Assembly (NCBI GenBank): GCA_964600575.1
Contig: CAZRJH010000001.1
Coordinates: 28,651 to 92,650, forward strand
DNA: 64,000 nt
From: an uncultured Gammaproteobacteria bacterium
GTDB taxonomy: Bacteria > Patescibacteriota > Microgenomatia > UBA8517
Reading direction: 5' to 3'
Positions within the stretch are counted from its first letter, which is position 1. Each line of letters opens with the position of its first letter. Below the pieces are notes generated by a model, which did no database searches, was not told the origin of the DNA, and saw only the letters and a program-made list of their open reading frames with translations. The position numbers and the translations under genes are program-made. Shown here piece after piece: positions 18,519 to 27,645 of this stretch.

Positions 18519-19055
18519 CTAATCTATATCCAAAAGGAATCCCAGTATGTTGTATGTGCCAGTCATTTCGGCAGTATCAGCAAACTTCTGGAATTCTTTG
18601 AGGTTTTTTGGAACCCAAACGAATTGATACCCGCTGGAATCAACGATATATACCTTGGTTACCAACGATTGGCTTCCGTCTTGTATTTGTTCGTTGGCAG
18701 CGAGATCAAGATTCGGTTCTACAGGGTAAAAATTGTAACCATAACTAGTTTCAGTTCTGGTTACTTCCCAGTATGTGGTTCTATAGGTAAACCATTGGTA
18801 TGGCTCACCAAGGCAATCATCTTCACGCGTTTGACAGCTTGTTCTGTCATAGAGCGTCTCCATTTCCAAGGGGGAGGAGCCCATGGGAACTTTCTTTCCA
18901 TGCCCAATAGTGTCGTGGGAAACCATTACACTAACAGACATTTTCCAGTAGGCACCCTCCACGCGTATTTCGCGCTGTTCTGCCGGGATATAGGCGATTG
19001 CCAGTACCAGGACCAAAACAACCAGGGCAGTGATTACCCATGCGTTTTTAAGCAT
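18519..19055 (-). CDS. paralog 3 of the tandem triplet (start placed at Met27 'MLKNAWVITALVV'; the ORF extends to 19133)
   Basis: 'GAYWKMSVSVMVSHDTIGHGKKVP', 'CQTREDDCLGEPYQWFTYRTTYW', 'SSGYQFVWVPKNLKEFQKF'. Starting at 19133 would abut the stop of the upstream gene. Confidence 0.55.
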   Translation of the reverse strand: MLKNAWVITALVVLVLVLAIAYIPAEQREIRVEGAYWKMSVSVMVSHDTIGHGKKVPMGSSPLEMETLYDRTSCQTREDDCLGEPYQWFTYRTTYWEVTRTETSYGYNFYPVEPNLDLAANEQIQDGSQSLVTKVYIVDSSGYQFVWVPKNLKEFQKFADTAEMTGTYNILGFLLDID

Positions 19056-19129
19056 ACAAACCTCAATTCTGAATAATAGAAAATAAAGTGCTATCCGAAG
19101 CCCTATAGTATCACAAATGAAGCTAAATG

Positions 19130-21451
19130 TCAAATATTATAGGTCTTTGAAGTGTTTCTATAGTTTAAGTCGTGGACTTTGAATGTTTTTGGCAAAAAGC
19201 CGTTCAGCTCTACCTCTTTGTAATAGGTTTTCTCTGACTTAGAAATATAGGCGACTATAAAAGTTGTATTTTGAGAGTTTGGAATAAGGCCTACAGAAAA
19301 CGAGGACTTTGGCTCGTTTATTACAAGTATTCCGTTTTCGTCTTTTTTGATCTTGCCGTTTGGGCTTTTTATCCAGAAATTGCTGGAACCTATCAAAACT
19401 AGCATAGACTCGGGCTCTTTTGGCGCTTTGCTCATATTTGAGGCAACTCTTAATAAGCCTGCATGCCCGTTAAGAAACTCCAGTATTTTTGCTTGCCCTT
19501 CGCCGGAGGAAACTAAGCCTCCGTGGTTTTGGTTGATTGTGACATTGTATGTATTGTCTATTTTGGAGCTAGACAACAAAACTGTCCCGTCACCTTGCAT
19601 GGTAGAACTTGGGTTTCCGTAAGGTTTGCCGTCTAGCCAATCTCCGCCAGACACTTCTTTAGCTGTGGGGTTTTTAACATTTAAACCGCTTGGAGTTTTA
19701 AAACCTGTTCCGGAGAGGGTCATAAAATCAACACCCCAAAAATCCTCGGCAATGTTTAAAGGCAAAAGGTTATTTTTAGCATCCATTGAAGAAACAGGCT
19801 TAAAACCTGTCTTGTTTTTAAGGTAATCAAAGGTGGGTAATACACTTTGAATTGACGGAATTTGGTTGCGAATGACAACCCTGTCAGAAGTGTTTTGAGT
19901 GTCACAATGTTTTGAATATAGCGTCAAAAAAACTTTTATTAGAAAGTTATCCTCCATAATCTCTCCACCACTCCAAGGCGGATATGCATGAACAGCTCCT
20001 TTTAATGGTGAACCTGCGGCAACAATTTTCTCTGTCTTGTTTCCTTGGTCGAATGTTAAAAAGTCCAGAGCGACAACTCCGCCTAGACTATGACCCACAA
20101 TGTTTACTTTTTCCTCCGAAGAAGTCTGTGTACCTATTAGACTTTGAAGTTGGGAGGCGGATTGTATTATCGGCTGACGAAAATCGTAGTAAAAAGGCAA
20201 AACTTGCCAACCGCCTGCGGCGAGGGATTCTATTAGCGGTTCATAAACCGACGCTGCATAAGGAGCAAGAGACCAGTTGTTGGGATTTGGATCCGGCTGA
20301 CAACTCAAAAAAGCGTTTCTGTTCCACCCGGAGCCAAACCCCGGCACAACAACAACTTTGTTTGTAATTGGGGCGGGTGTTGGCGTTGGAGTTGGCGTAG
20401 GTATTGGTGTTGATGTTGGTGTGGGGGTGGGTGTAGGAGTGTTGTCAACAAAAGAAGTTTTCCAAACATGGTTTGTGTAATTACCATTTGCAACACCTCC
20501 AATTAAAAACAGATCGTCTCCGACATTAACCAATTGACCACAACAGTTGGATTCCGGCAGACTTGGCCCGTTCGACCAAGATGTAAGCGTGCCGTCTGGG
20601 TTAATATCCGCGTAGTAAACATTGGTAGAGTCTGAGCCTGCAATTACCACCCTGTTTTGCACTCTTGTAATTCCAAATCGCCATATCCCTGTAGGCAGTG
20701 AGGACAAGCTTTCCCACGGCCCAATTGAGCCGTCCGGATTAATTAGGGCACGTATAACCTGGTTGGAATATCCTGTTGGTGTGTACCCACCAAAGACTAC
20801 CAAATAACCGTTTATAACCAACATTCCTTGGCCTTCTGTTTTTTGTGGCAGATTGCCTGCTATTCGCCATGCCCCAATTGTTCCATCGGGATTTATGTCT
20901 GATACATATATCTCACTTATTGCTACATTGGGGTTATTGGCTTGAGAAGGGATTGTGCTTCCTCCGGCGTGGAATAATTGGTTGTTGAATGATGCCGACG
21001 ATGACAAAGCAAGCTTTTGTGGAAGTGGTGTAGTGTTTGACCACCCACCAAGTGAATTGTTACTGTTTTTTGTTGCAAACGATACAGTATCCACATAAGA
21101 AATCACACCGTCAATTGAGTCTAAGAAACCTCCTAGAATATATACATCGTCGTTGCTACTCGTTGTTGTATGCCATATAAGTCTCAACGGACTGTTGGAT
21201 ATGGTCGTCCAAGGTGTGATATTGCCGCCAGAATCAATCGTATTGAGTACATCAGAGCGGCTACCTCCAAGACTGCTGGATCCACCAAAAACAAATATGC
21301 CATCTAAGTATGTGGCTGCAGTGTTGCTGGCAATTGAATACGGTAAATCTATTGCACTGGTCCAGGAGGTTAAACTAGCCTCAACAGTTGTAGGGTGAGC
21401 CAAACAAAGAAGTAAAAACAAGAATAAAAAAAGTTTTCTAAACTTGCTCAT
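19130..21451 (-). CDS. secreted multidomain protein: Kelch-type beta-propeller + Pro/Thr linker + LCAT/PGAP1-like alpha/beta-hydrolase (lipase/acyltransferase) + C-terminal domain
   Basis: Signal peptide. Kelch-like repeats 'YLDGIFVFGG', 'VYILGGF', 'YLVVFGGYTPTGY', 'LFLIGGVANGNY'. Linker 'TPTPTPTPTSTPIPTPTPTPTPAP'. Nucleophile elbow 'IVGHSLGG', acid 'GDGTV', His 'NHGGL' in LCAT-like order. Confidence 0.6.
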   Translation of the reverse strand: MSKFRKLFLFLFLLLCLAHPTTVEASLTSWTSAIDLPYSIASNTAATYLDGIFVFGGSSSLGGSRSDVLNTIDSGGNITPWTTISNSPLRLIWHTTTSSNDDVYILGGFLDSIDGVISYVDTVSFATKNSNNSLGGWSNTTPLPQKLALSSSASFNNQLFHAGGSTIPSQANNPNVAISEIYVSDINPDGTIGAWRIAGNLPQKTEGQGMLVINGYLVVFGGYTPTGYSNQVIRALINPDGSIGPWESLSSLPTGIWRFGITRVQNRVVIAGSDSTNVYYADINPDGTLTSWSNGPSLPESNCCGQLVNVGDDLFLIGGVANGNYTNHVWKTSFVDNTPTPTPTPTSTPIPTPTPTPTPAPITNKVVVVPGFGSGWNRNAFLSCQPDPNPNNWSLAPYAASVYEPLIESLAAGGWQVLPFYYDFRQPIIQSASQLQSLIGTQTSSEEKVNIVGHSLGGVVALDFLTFDQGNKTEKIVAAGSPLKGAVHAYPPWSGGEIMEDNFLIKVFLTLYSKHCDTQNTSDRVVIRNQIPSIQSVLPTFDYLKNKTGFKPVSSMDAKNNLLPLNIAEDFWGVDFMTLSGTGFKTPSGLNVKNPTAKEVSGGDWLDGKPYGNPSSTMQGDGTVLLSSSKIDNTYNVTINQNHGGLVSSGEGQAKILEFLNGHAGLLRVASNMSKAPKEPESMLVLIGSSNFWIKSPNGKIKKDENGILVINEPKSSFSVGLIPNSQNTTFIVAYISKSEKTYYKEVELNGFLPKTFKVHDLNYRNTSKTYNI

Positions 21452-21510
21452 AATAATACGCTAGTTATTCTGAATTTGAATGTCAAGTATGTTCTGATAA
21501 ACTTGCGTGT

Positions 21511-22245
21511 ATGAAAAACAAGCTTTACGAAGAATATCATTCTAAACGGACTACTCAATTTAAAATAATTAAAGATGGCGATTACACTTACCAGACTGTT
21601 ATCGGATTTATAAACAAATATGCTAAAACTGCAAGAAAGATAATCGACATTGGGTGTGGTGTCGGCACTGTAGACTTTTATTTAGGAAGCAAGGGTAAAA
21701 AGGTCTTAGGCATTGATATATCCGGAAATGCCATACAAAAAGCAACTGAGTCTTCCTTCGTGATGGGTTTGGGAAGTACGGTAAAATTTAAAGTGTTTAA
21801 CTTTCCTCATAAAACACCAAGTGGGAAATTCGATCTAATTATTTGTACCGAATTGTTAGAGCATCTTAAAAATGATAAGTTGGCCGTAGACAAGATTCAT
21901 GGTATGGCAACTAAGGGGGGTTTGATTATTTGCTCTTCGCCTTCTAAAAACTCTTTCCTTTATAGGCTTGGTTTGCTTGAGAATTTTGACAAAAGAGTTG
22001 GGCATTTAAGAAGATACCAGCCTAATGAATTTGCTACTATGTTTAAAACATCTGGATTTAGAGTTCTTAAGATTCATAAAACTCAAGGTGTATTGAGAGA
22101 TTTTTTGTTTACGACATTCTTGGGTGGGCAATTACTGCGAGTAGTCAAACGAGAGCCATTCTCGTATGTGGTCACTAAGATTGATAATTTACTTTGTTCA
22201 GTGCTTGGCGAATCAGATATCTACATTATAGCCAAGAAAATATGA
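21511..22245 (+). CDS. class I SAM-dependent methyltransferase
   Basis: Motif I 'KIIDIGCGVGTVDFYL', motif post-I 'VLGIDIS', 'LIICTELLEHL'. Confidence 0.8.
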   Translation: MKNKLYEEYHSKRTTQFKIIKDGDYTYQTVIGFINKYAKTARKIIDIGCGVGTVDFYLGSKGKKVLGIDISGNAIQKATESSFVMGLGSTVKFKVFNFPHKTPSGKFDLIICTELLEHLKNDKLAVDKIHGMATKGGLIICSSPSKNSFLYRLGLLENFDKRVGHLRRYQPNEFATMFKTSGFRVLKIHKTQGVLRDFLFTTFLGGQLLRVVKREPFSYVVTKIDNLLCSVLGESDIYIIAKKI

Positions 22246-23135
22246 AAATTTTATTTCTTTCTAATTATTTTTATCCACACATAGGTGGGGTGGAGACACA
22301 TGCTTTAGAAATTGCAAAAATACTGGCTAAAAATGGGAATGAGGTTTCTGTTATCACGGAAAAATATAGAAGATTAGAAAAAGAAGAAATTCACCAGGGA
22401 ATAAAAATATATAGATTTACCTATCCACACACTAAATTATTTGGAATTATAAGTATCTGGTGGTGGATGTTTCAGAATAAGCATTTAATAAAAAATGTAG
22501 ATGTTGTCCAATGCCACGATGTTTTTATATGGTATTTACCCTTTAGGTTTTTGTTTCCTTTTAAAAAAGTTTATACAACTTTCCACGGATGGGAAGGTGT
22601 GTGGCCCATACCCTTTAAAAATAAATTTATCAAAAAACTTTCCTGGTTATTGTCTAAAGGCTCAATTGGGATAGGAAAATATGTGGGTAAGTATTACGGA
22701 ATAAAACCCGATTTTATTACCTACGGTGGCGTAGAAAAGATAGATTCCAAATTCAAAAAAGAAAAAGGAAGCGTTATTTTTTTGGGAAGGTTAGAAAAGG
22801 ATACGTGCGTTTTTCAATTTATAGAAGATATTAAAAATAAAAAATTCAAAAAAATTATTTTTGTCGGGGACGGCAAATACAGGACCGAATGTTCAAAATA
22901 TGGTTATGTTACGGGATATGCAAGCCCAGAAAAATATCTTAAAAAGGCCGAGTACTGCGTACCTGGTGGATATCTTAGTTATTTGGCAGCCAAGGCTTAC
23001 GGTTGTAAAATTATTACATTTGCAGACAATCCACTTAAAAAAGATTATTGGAGTGAAATAAAAAGTGTTAGAAATTTCCAAAGTTGGAACGATGTAGAAA
23101 CGGTATATGAAAAGCTTTGGAAATTGCACGACTGA
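22242..23135 (+). CDS. glycosyltransferase, GT4-like (GT-B fold)
   Basis: 'MKILFLSNYFYPHIGGVETHALEIAKILAKNGNEVSVIT' is a Glyco_trans_4-like N-terminal domain. ATGA start/stop overlap with the methyltransferase gene. Confidence 0.6.
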   Translation: MKILFLSNYFYPHIGGVETHALEIAKILAKNGNEVSVITEKYRRLEKEEIHQGIKIYRFTYPHTKLFGIISIWWWMFQNKHLIKNVDVVQCHDVFIWYLPFRFLFPFKKVYTTFHGWEGVWPIPFKNKFIKKLSWLLSKGSIGIGKYVGKYYGIKPDFITYGGVEKIDSKFKKEKGSVIFLGRLEKDTCVFQFIEDIKNKKFKKIIFVGDGKYRTECSKYGYVTGYASPEKYLKKAEYCVPGGYLSYLAAKAYGCKIITFADNPLKKDYWSEIKSVRNFQSWNDVETVYEKLWKLHD

Positions 23136-23138
23136 TCT

Positions 23139-24095
23139 ATGAAAGTTTCTGTTTGTATAACGGTTCTAAACGAGGAAGATTCTATAGTAAGACTATTGGA
23201 TGCGCTTTTTAAACAATCTTTGAAACCCGACGAAATAATAATAGTAGACGGCGGTTCCATCGACTCGACAGTTGCTCTAATCGAGTCTTATCAAAAAATA
23301 AACAAAAAATTAAAAGTAAAATTACTTAAAGAAAGATCCAGTCGCTCCAAAGGAAGAAACTTGTCGATAGAAATTGCCAAAAATAACGTTGTCGCCATTA
23401 CGGATGCCGGGTGTGTTCCACAAAAAGACTGGTTAAAAAATATCGTTAGACCTTTCCAAAACAAAGCAGATGTTTCCGTAGGCTTCTATAAAATGTCCTA
23501 CAAAAACAGTTTTCAAAAAGCCGAATCTTTATATTTGGGAGTTTTGCCAAAAAATTTTGATGCTAACTTTTTACCTTCGACTAGATCCGTTGCTTTTACA
23601 AAAAAAGTTTGGGAAGAAGTAGGGGGTTTCCCCGAAAATCTTGGGGGAACAGCCGAGGATACTGTTTTTAATTTAAAACTATTAAACAATAACTCACACT
23701 TATCACGCGTGAAAAATGCGGTAGTAGAGTGGGGGATGCCAAAGAATTTATCGGAGTTTTATCTAAAAATATTTAATTATGCAAAAGGCGACGCCGAAAC
23801 TCGAATCATATTTTTTCCTGGAAAAGGGTTTATGTCGCACAATATTAAAGCACTGTTTGTAATAACTAGATATTTAGTTGCAATCTGGGTTTCTATTTTA
23901 TTGTTACCATATAACCTCTCCCCCATCATTCTGGTTTTGATTTTTGTTTATTGTTTCTGGGCTTATAGAAAACTTTTTAAGGCTTTTGAGGAAAATAAAA
24001 CCGCTATCTGGGGGCCTGTTTTACAAATTACGGCTGACCTTGGGGTTATTTTTGGCTTCATAAACGGGTTCGCTGCAAAAAAAATCCGGAAGTGA
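23139..24095 (+). CDS. glycosyltransferase family 2 with C-terminal TM segments
   Basis: 'VSVCITVLNEEDSIVRLLDALFKQSLKPDEIIIVDGGSIDST', 'ITDAGCV'. Confidence 0.8.
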   Translation: MKVSVCITVLNEEDSIVRLLDALFKQSLKPDEIIIVDGGSIDSTVALIESYQKINKKLKVKLLKERSSRSKGRNLSIEIAKNNVVAITDAGCVPQKDWLKNIVRPFQNKADVSVGFYKMSYKNSFQKAESLYLGVLPKNFDANFLPSTRSVAFTKKVWEEVGGFPENLGGTAEDTVFNLKLLNNNSHLSRVKNAVVEWGMPKNLSEFYLKIFNYAKGDAETRIIFFPGKGFMSHNIKALFVITRYLVAIWVSILLLPYNLSPIILVLIFVYCFWAYRKLFKAFEENKTAIWGPVLQITADLGVIFGFINGFAAKKIRK

Positions 24096-24097
24096 GA

Positions 24098-24117
24098 CTT
24101 TTACCTGTTGGTAAAAG
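24098..24117. terminator. hairpin between convergent genes (CTTTTACC-tgtt-GGTAAAAG); a second nested palindrome 'GAGTG..TTCCGGAA..CACTC' follows
   Basis: Read directly, between stops 24095 (+) and 24157 (-). Confidence 0.4.
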
Positions 24118-24156
24118 GAGTGCTTCCGGAAAGGCTTTTGGCCACTCTTTCACTGA

Positions 24157-24378
24157 CTAGTCAGCACCGTCGAACTCGGGAATAAAAAGATCCGTGTCCG
24201 AAACCGTAAAGGTTAGAATCGAGCCGTCCCTGGCAACAAGTGAGAACTTAAATGGGTGCTCGTTCAGGTCTGCTCCGACTGCCGGAGTGATGATGTTTCT
24301 GACTTCGTAAACAGTCTTAAAAGCGGACAAAAGCGCCCCAAAGGCGGCTATCTTGTCGGGGGTGTTCAATCTTGGCAT
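24157..24378 (-). CDS. hypothetical small protein
   Basis: 73-aa ORF, co-oriented and 2 nt from the next small ORF; no recognisable motif. Confidence 0.3.
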   Translation of the reverse strand: MPRLNTPDKIAAFGALLSAFKTVYEVRNIITPAVGADLNEHPFKFSLVARDGSILTFTVSDTDLFIPEFDGAD

Positions 24379-24379
24379 G

Positions 24380-24565
24380 CTATCTCCAAATAGGTAACCC
24401 TAAAAGGGTTCCGAATATCGCCAGAAAGCTTATGTACAGGAATACAAACAAAAGGAAGACGAATGTTATCGCACACTTTTGAATGTATCCAACATCAAGC
24501 GAGTTTAAGGCGGAGCTCAAAAGGGCCATCATAGATATCAAAAGTGACATCTGCAGGATAAACAT
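24380..24565 (-). CDS. hypothetical small membrane protein (2 TM)
   Basis: 61-aa hydrophobic ORF. Confidence 0.3.
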   Translation of the reverse strand: MFILQMSLLISMMALLSSALNSLDVGYIQKCAITFVFLLFVFLYISFLAIFGTLLGLPIWR

Positions 24566-24677
24566 CTCTCCTCCGTGTGGCTAAAAAGTAAAGTGCAAGG
24601 TTCTATTGTACTAAATTGATTACAATAATCAAATTATAGGGTATATATTGAATTTTTGTTTGGAGTAAAATAAACCT

Positions 24678-25913
24678 GTGGGATATATAAAAGAGGCAGT
24701 CAGGGGTGTTAGCTGGATGAGTCTTTTTAGATTTGTCTACCGACTTGTTGGTGTTTTAAGAATAGCGATTTTGGCTCACATTCTTTCTCCCGGTGATTTG
24801 GGTACATTTGGTGTGGTTGCGGTGGTCTTGGCATTTTTAGAAATAATTACAGAAACGGGAATAAATATATTTTTAATACAACAAAAAGAAAACATGCATT
24901 CTTATATTGATACCGCCTGGTTTGTTTCGATAGTTAGGGGTTTGTTAATTTCTTTGTTAGTTGTAGTTTTGGCAAAGCCGATTTCTTTGTTTTTTAAGTC
25001 AGACCCGTCGCTACCGCTTTTGTATTGGGCAGCCCTGGTCCCTTTTATAAGAGGGTTTATAAATCCATCCATTGTTAAGTTTCAAAAGGACTTGGAATTT
25101 AACAAAGAATTTTTATATAGAATTTCCGTTTTTTTGGTAGAGTCAATCGTTTCTGTTGTCGGGGTTGTGATTCAACAAACTCCATTTGCACTTGTTTTGG
25201 GGTTATTGGTCGGTGCGGTTTACGAAGTGATTCTTACTTTTTTGGTTGCCCGTCCATGGCCCAAGTTTAAATTTGAAGCCGAAAAAACCAAAAAAATAAT
25301 AGACCGAGGAAAATGGGTAACGCTTTTTGGCGTTTTTGATTATTTATACACCCAAAGCGACAACATAATTGTGGGTCGACTTTTGGGAGTAAACACACTC
25401 GGTATATATCAAAATGCATATAAAATTTCGACTGCTCCACTAACGGAAGTTGGGGATGTATTTTTTAGAGTTACATTTCCAGTATTTTCAAAAATTTCGG
25501 AGGACTCCAAAAGATTAAAAACAGCATTTATTCAAAATACAGTTATCAACGCAAGTTTGATGATACCTGCGGGTGTTCTGATATACATTTTTGCCGACCT
25601 AATAGTCAAGATTCTTTTGGGTCCGGGTTGGGAAGAAGCAATCCCAGTTACAAAACTTCTTTCGGTTCTGGGTATAGTTCGCGGAATTGCATCGTCTACC
25701 AACTCGCTTCTGGTTGCAAAAGGACTGCAAAAATATTCCGCTATCGTAACAATCGCAAGTACACTCGGCATGTGGTTAACAATTGTGCCCTTAACAAAAA
25801 CTTATGGTATTATTGGAGCCGGAAGCGCTGCAATAATCGGCACTTTGGTTTCTGTCCCGCTAACTATTTATTTTGTTAGAAAAACCCTCAAGACGATAAG
25901 CCTTCCGGTTTAA
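24678..25913 (+). CDS. oligosaccharide flippase, Wzx-like (MOP superfamily polysaccharide biosynthesis protein)
   Basis: About 12 TM helices; layout typical of Polysacc_synt/Wzx. Real start may be an internal Met. Confidence 0.65.
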   Translation: MGYIKEAVRGVSWMSLFRFVYRLVGVLRIAILAHILSPGDLGTFGVVAVVLAFLEIITETGINIFLIQQKENMHSYIDTAWFVSIVRGLLISLLVVVLAKPISLFFKSDPSLPLLYWAALVPFIRGFINPSIVKFQKDLEFNKEFLYRISVFLVESIVSVVGVVIQQTPFALVLGLLVGAVYEVILTFLVARPWPKFKFEAEKTKKIIDRGKWVTLFGVFDYLYTQSDNIIVGRLLGVNTLGIYQNAYKISTAPLTEVGDVFFRVTFPVFSKISEDSKRLKTAFIQNTVINASLMIPAGVLIYIFADLIVKILLGPGWEEAIPVTKLLSVLGIVRGIASSTNSLLVAKGLQKYSAIVTIASTLGMWLTIVPLTKTYGIIGAGSAAIIGTLVSVPLTIYFVRKTLKTISLPV

Positions 25914-26908
25914 TGAAGAGCGTATTCACGAACAAAAAAATTTTAATAACAGGCGGAACCGGATCTTTTGGATCATATTTTGTTAAAGAGATTTTAAAAC
26001 TCGACCCAAAACTGATAATTATTTTCTCCAGAGATGAAGACAAACAGTATTCTATGCAATTTGAATTTTCTAAATATAGAAATAAATTGGTTTTTGTTTT
26101 GGGAGATGTTAGAGATGTTAACAGTCTTAAAAAGGCTTTTGAATATATGCCCGATTTTGTGATACACGCGGCGGCTTTAAAACAAATACCTTCGTCTGAA
26201 TATAATATTTTTGAGACTGTCAAAACAAATGTTTTGGGTGCCCAGAACATTGTAGAACTGTGTAAAACAGGTAAAGTTAAAAAAGTTTTATCAATAAGTA
26301 CGGACAAAGCAGTTGAGCCGGTAAATGTAATGGGAATGACCAAGGCTCTTCAGGAAAGAATTTTTACATTAGCAAACAGAAACTCGAAAACAAAGTTTGC
26401 ATCGGTCAGATATGGAAATGTCATTAATTCTCGAGGATCGATAATTCCTCTTTTTAAAAAACAGATTGCTGCCGGCGGTCCGATAACAATAACGGATTTA
26501 CAAATGACTCGTTTTATTCTAACCCTAAGACAGACCATAGGGCTGGTTACGTTTGCATTCGAAAATATGAACGGCGGCGAAATATTTGTACCAAATGTAA
26601 AAGCCCTAAAAATATCAGATCTCGGTTCTGTTATGGTAAATGCGCTAAAATCAAAAAACAAAAAAATAATAGAAGTTGGTGTTAGGCCTGGCGAAAAGTT
26701 GCATGAAACTTTAATTTCCAGGCCGGAATCTTTAAGAGTTATAAAATCAAAAAGTTTTTACACTATTCTTCCCCAGATAGAACTCGGAAAGGTTACCAAA
26801 AACGGGAGCTATTCTAAAAACAAGTCTTTTGTTTTTGCATCGCAAGATACACAGCTTTTTAAACCCGAAGAAATAAAAGAAATGTTAATTAAAGAGGATA
26901 TTATTTAA
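25913..26908 (+). CDS. UDP-sugar 4,6-dehydratase, PseB/CapD-like (Polysacc_synt_2)
   Basis: 'KKILITGGTGSFGSYFVKEIL', 'IIFSRDEDKQ', 'VIHAAALKQIP', 'STDKAVEPVNVMGMTKAL'. Confidence 0.75.
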   Translation: MKSVFTNKKILITGGTGSFGSYFVKEILKLDPKLIIIFSRDEDKQYSMQFEFSKYRNKLVFVLGDVRDVNSLKKAFEYMPDFVIHAAALKQIPSSEYNIFETVKTNVLGAQNIVELCKTGKVKKVLSISTDKAVEPVNVMGMTKALQERIFTLANRNSKTKFASVRYGNVINSRGSIIPLFKKQIAAGGPITITDLQMTRFILTLRQTIGLVTFAFENMNGGEIFVPNVKALKISDLGSVMVNALKSKNKKIIEVGVRPGEKLHETLISRPESLRVIKSKSFYTILPQIELGKVTKNGSYSKNKSFVFASQDTQLFKPEEIKEMLIKEDII

Positions 26909-27623
26909 AAGTCGCGGACTTCCACTTTTTACTACCCAAAGTCATATCTTTAGTTAATGGTGGGCCTTTATAATTTTTAAGGGTTATTTTTCCTACTTTT
27001 GGAGAAACTGTTTTGGCAAGTTCATACATAGACATTTTTTTAGTACCAGTTATATGAATCACCCCTTTCCTCTTTTTTGATACGGCTTTTTTAATTTCAA
27101 CTGCTAGTGTGTCTCCAAAAAGATAATTACCATATCTGTCTGTAAAAGCGTTTGGGTAGGGCCAACTTTCTCTTTTTACAAAATTAGTTCTTACTATTAA
27201 TTTGTTTTTTAAACCCGACTCTTGGACAATCATTTCGCCACCCAACTTTGTAAGACCATAAAAGTTTTTAGGATATGGAATGTCTTTTTCGTAGAAGGGC
27301 GCATGTAGTCCGTCGAATACGCAAGCTGTAGATATATATATCAAATAAATTTTAGAGTTAACTTTTTTAACAGCCTCCACAATGTTCTGTGTGCCCTCTA
27401 CATTAATAGTCCAGGCCAAAACTCTATCAGATTCGCATTTGCGAACATCTGTAAGTGCAGCTGTATGAATAACGATACTTGGATTTGCAGATCTTATCGT
27501 TTTTAGAACCTGCTTAAAGTTAGTTATATCCATTTCGCTTCTTTTTGGGGTCGATACATCTTTGTAGAGTTTGGATATTTCGTATCCCAGTTTTCCGCTG
27601 CCACCCGTAATCAGAAGTCTCAT
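26901..27623 (-). CDS. dTDP-4-dehydrorhamnose reductase-like SDR (RmlD-like); start placed at 'MRLLITGG'
   Basis: 'LLITGGSGKLGYEI', 'IVIHTAALTDV', 'YISTACVF', 'YGLTKLGGE', 'RTNFV' parallel RmlD motifs. Confidence 0.6.
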   Translation of the reverse strand: MRLLITGGSGKLGYEISKLYKDVSTPKRSEMDITNFKQVLKTIRSANPSIVIHTAALTDVRKCESDRVLAWTINVEGTQNIVEAVKKVNSKIYLIYISTACVFDGLHAPFYEKDIPYPKNFYGLTKLGGEMIVQESGLKNKLIVRTNFVKRESWPYPNAFTDRYGNYLFGDTLAVEIKKAVSKKRKGVIHITGTKKMSMYELAKTVSPKVGKITLKNYKGPPLTKDMTLGSKKWKSATFK

Positions 27624-27645
27624 GGTATTATATGGCGATATTACC

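Noticed and set aside
20385-20445. DNA-level (GGTGTN) repeat on the minus strand
   Set aside because: It simply encodes the Pro-Thr linker of the Kelch-lipase protein. It is not a CRISPR array or mobile repeat.
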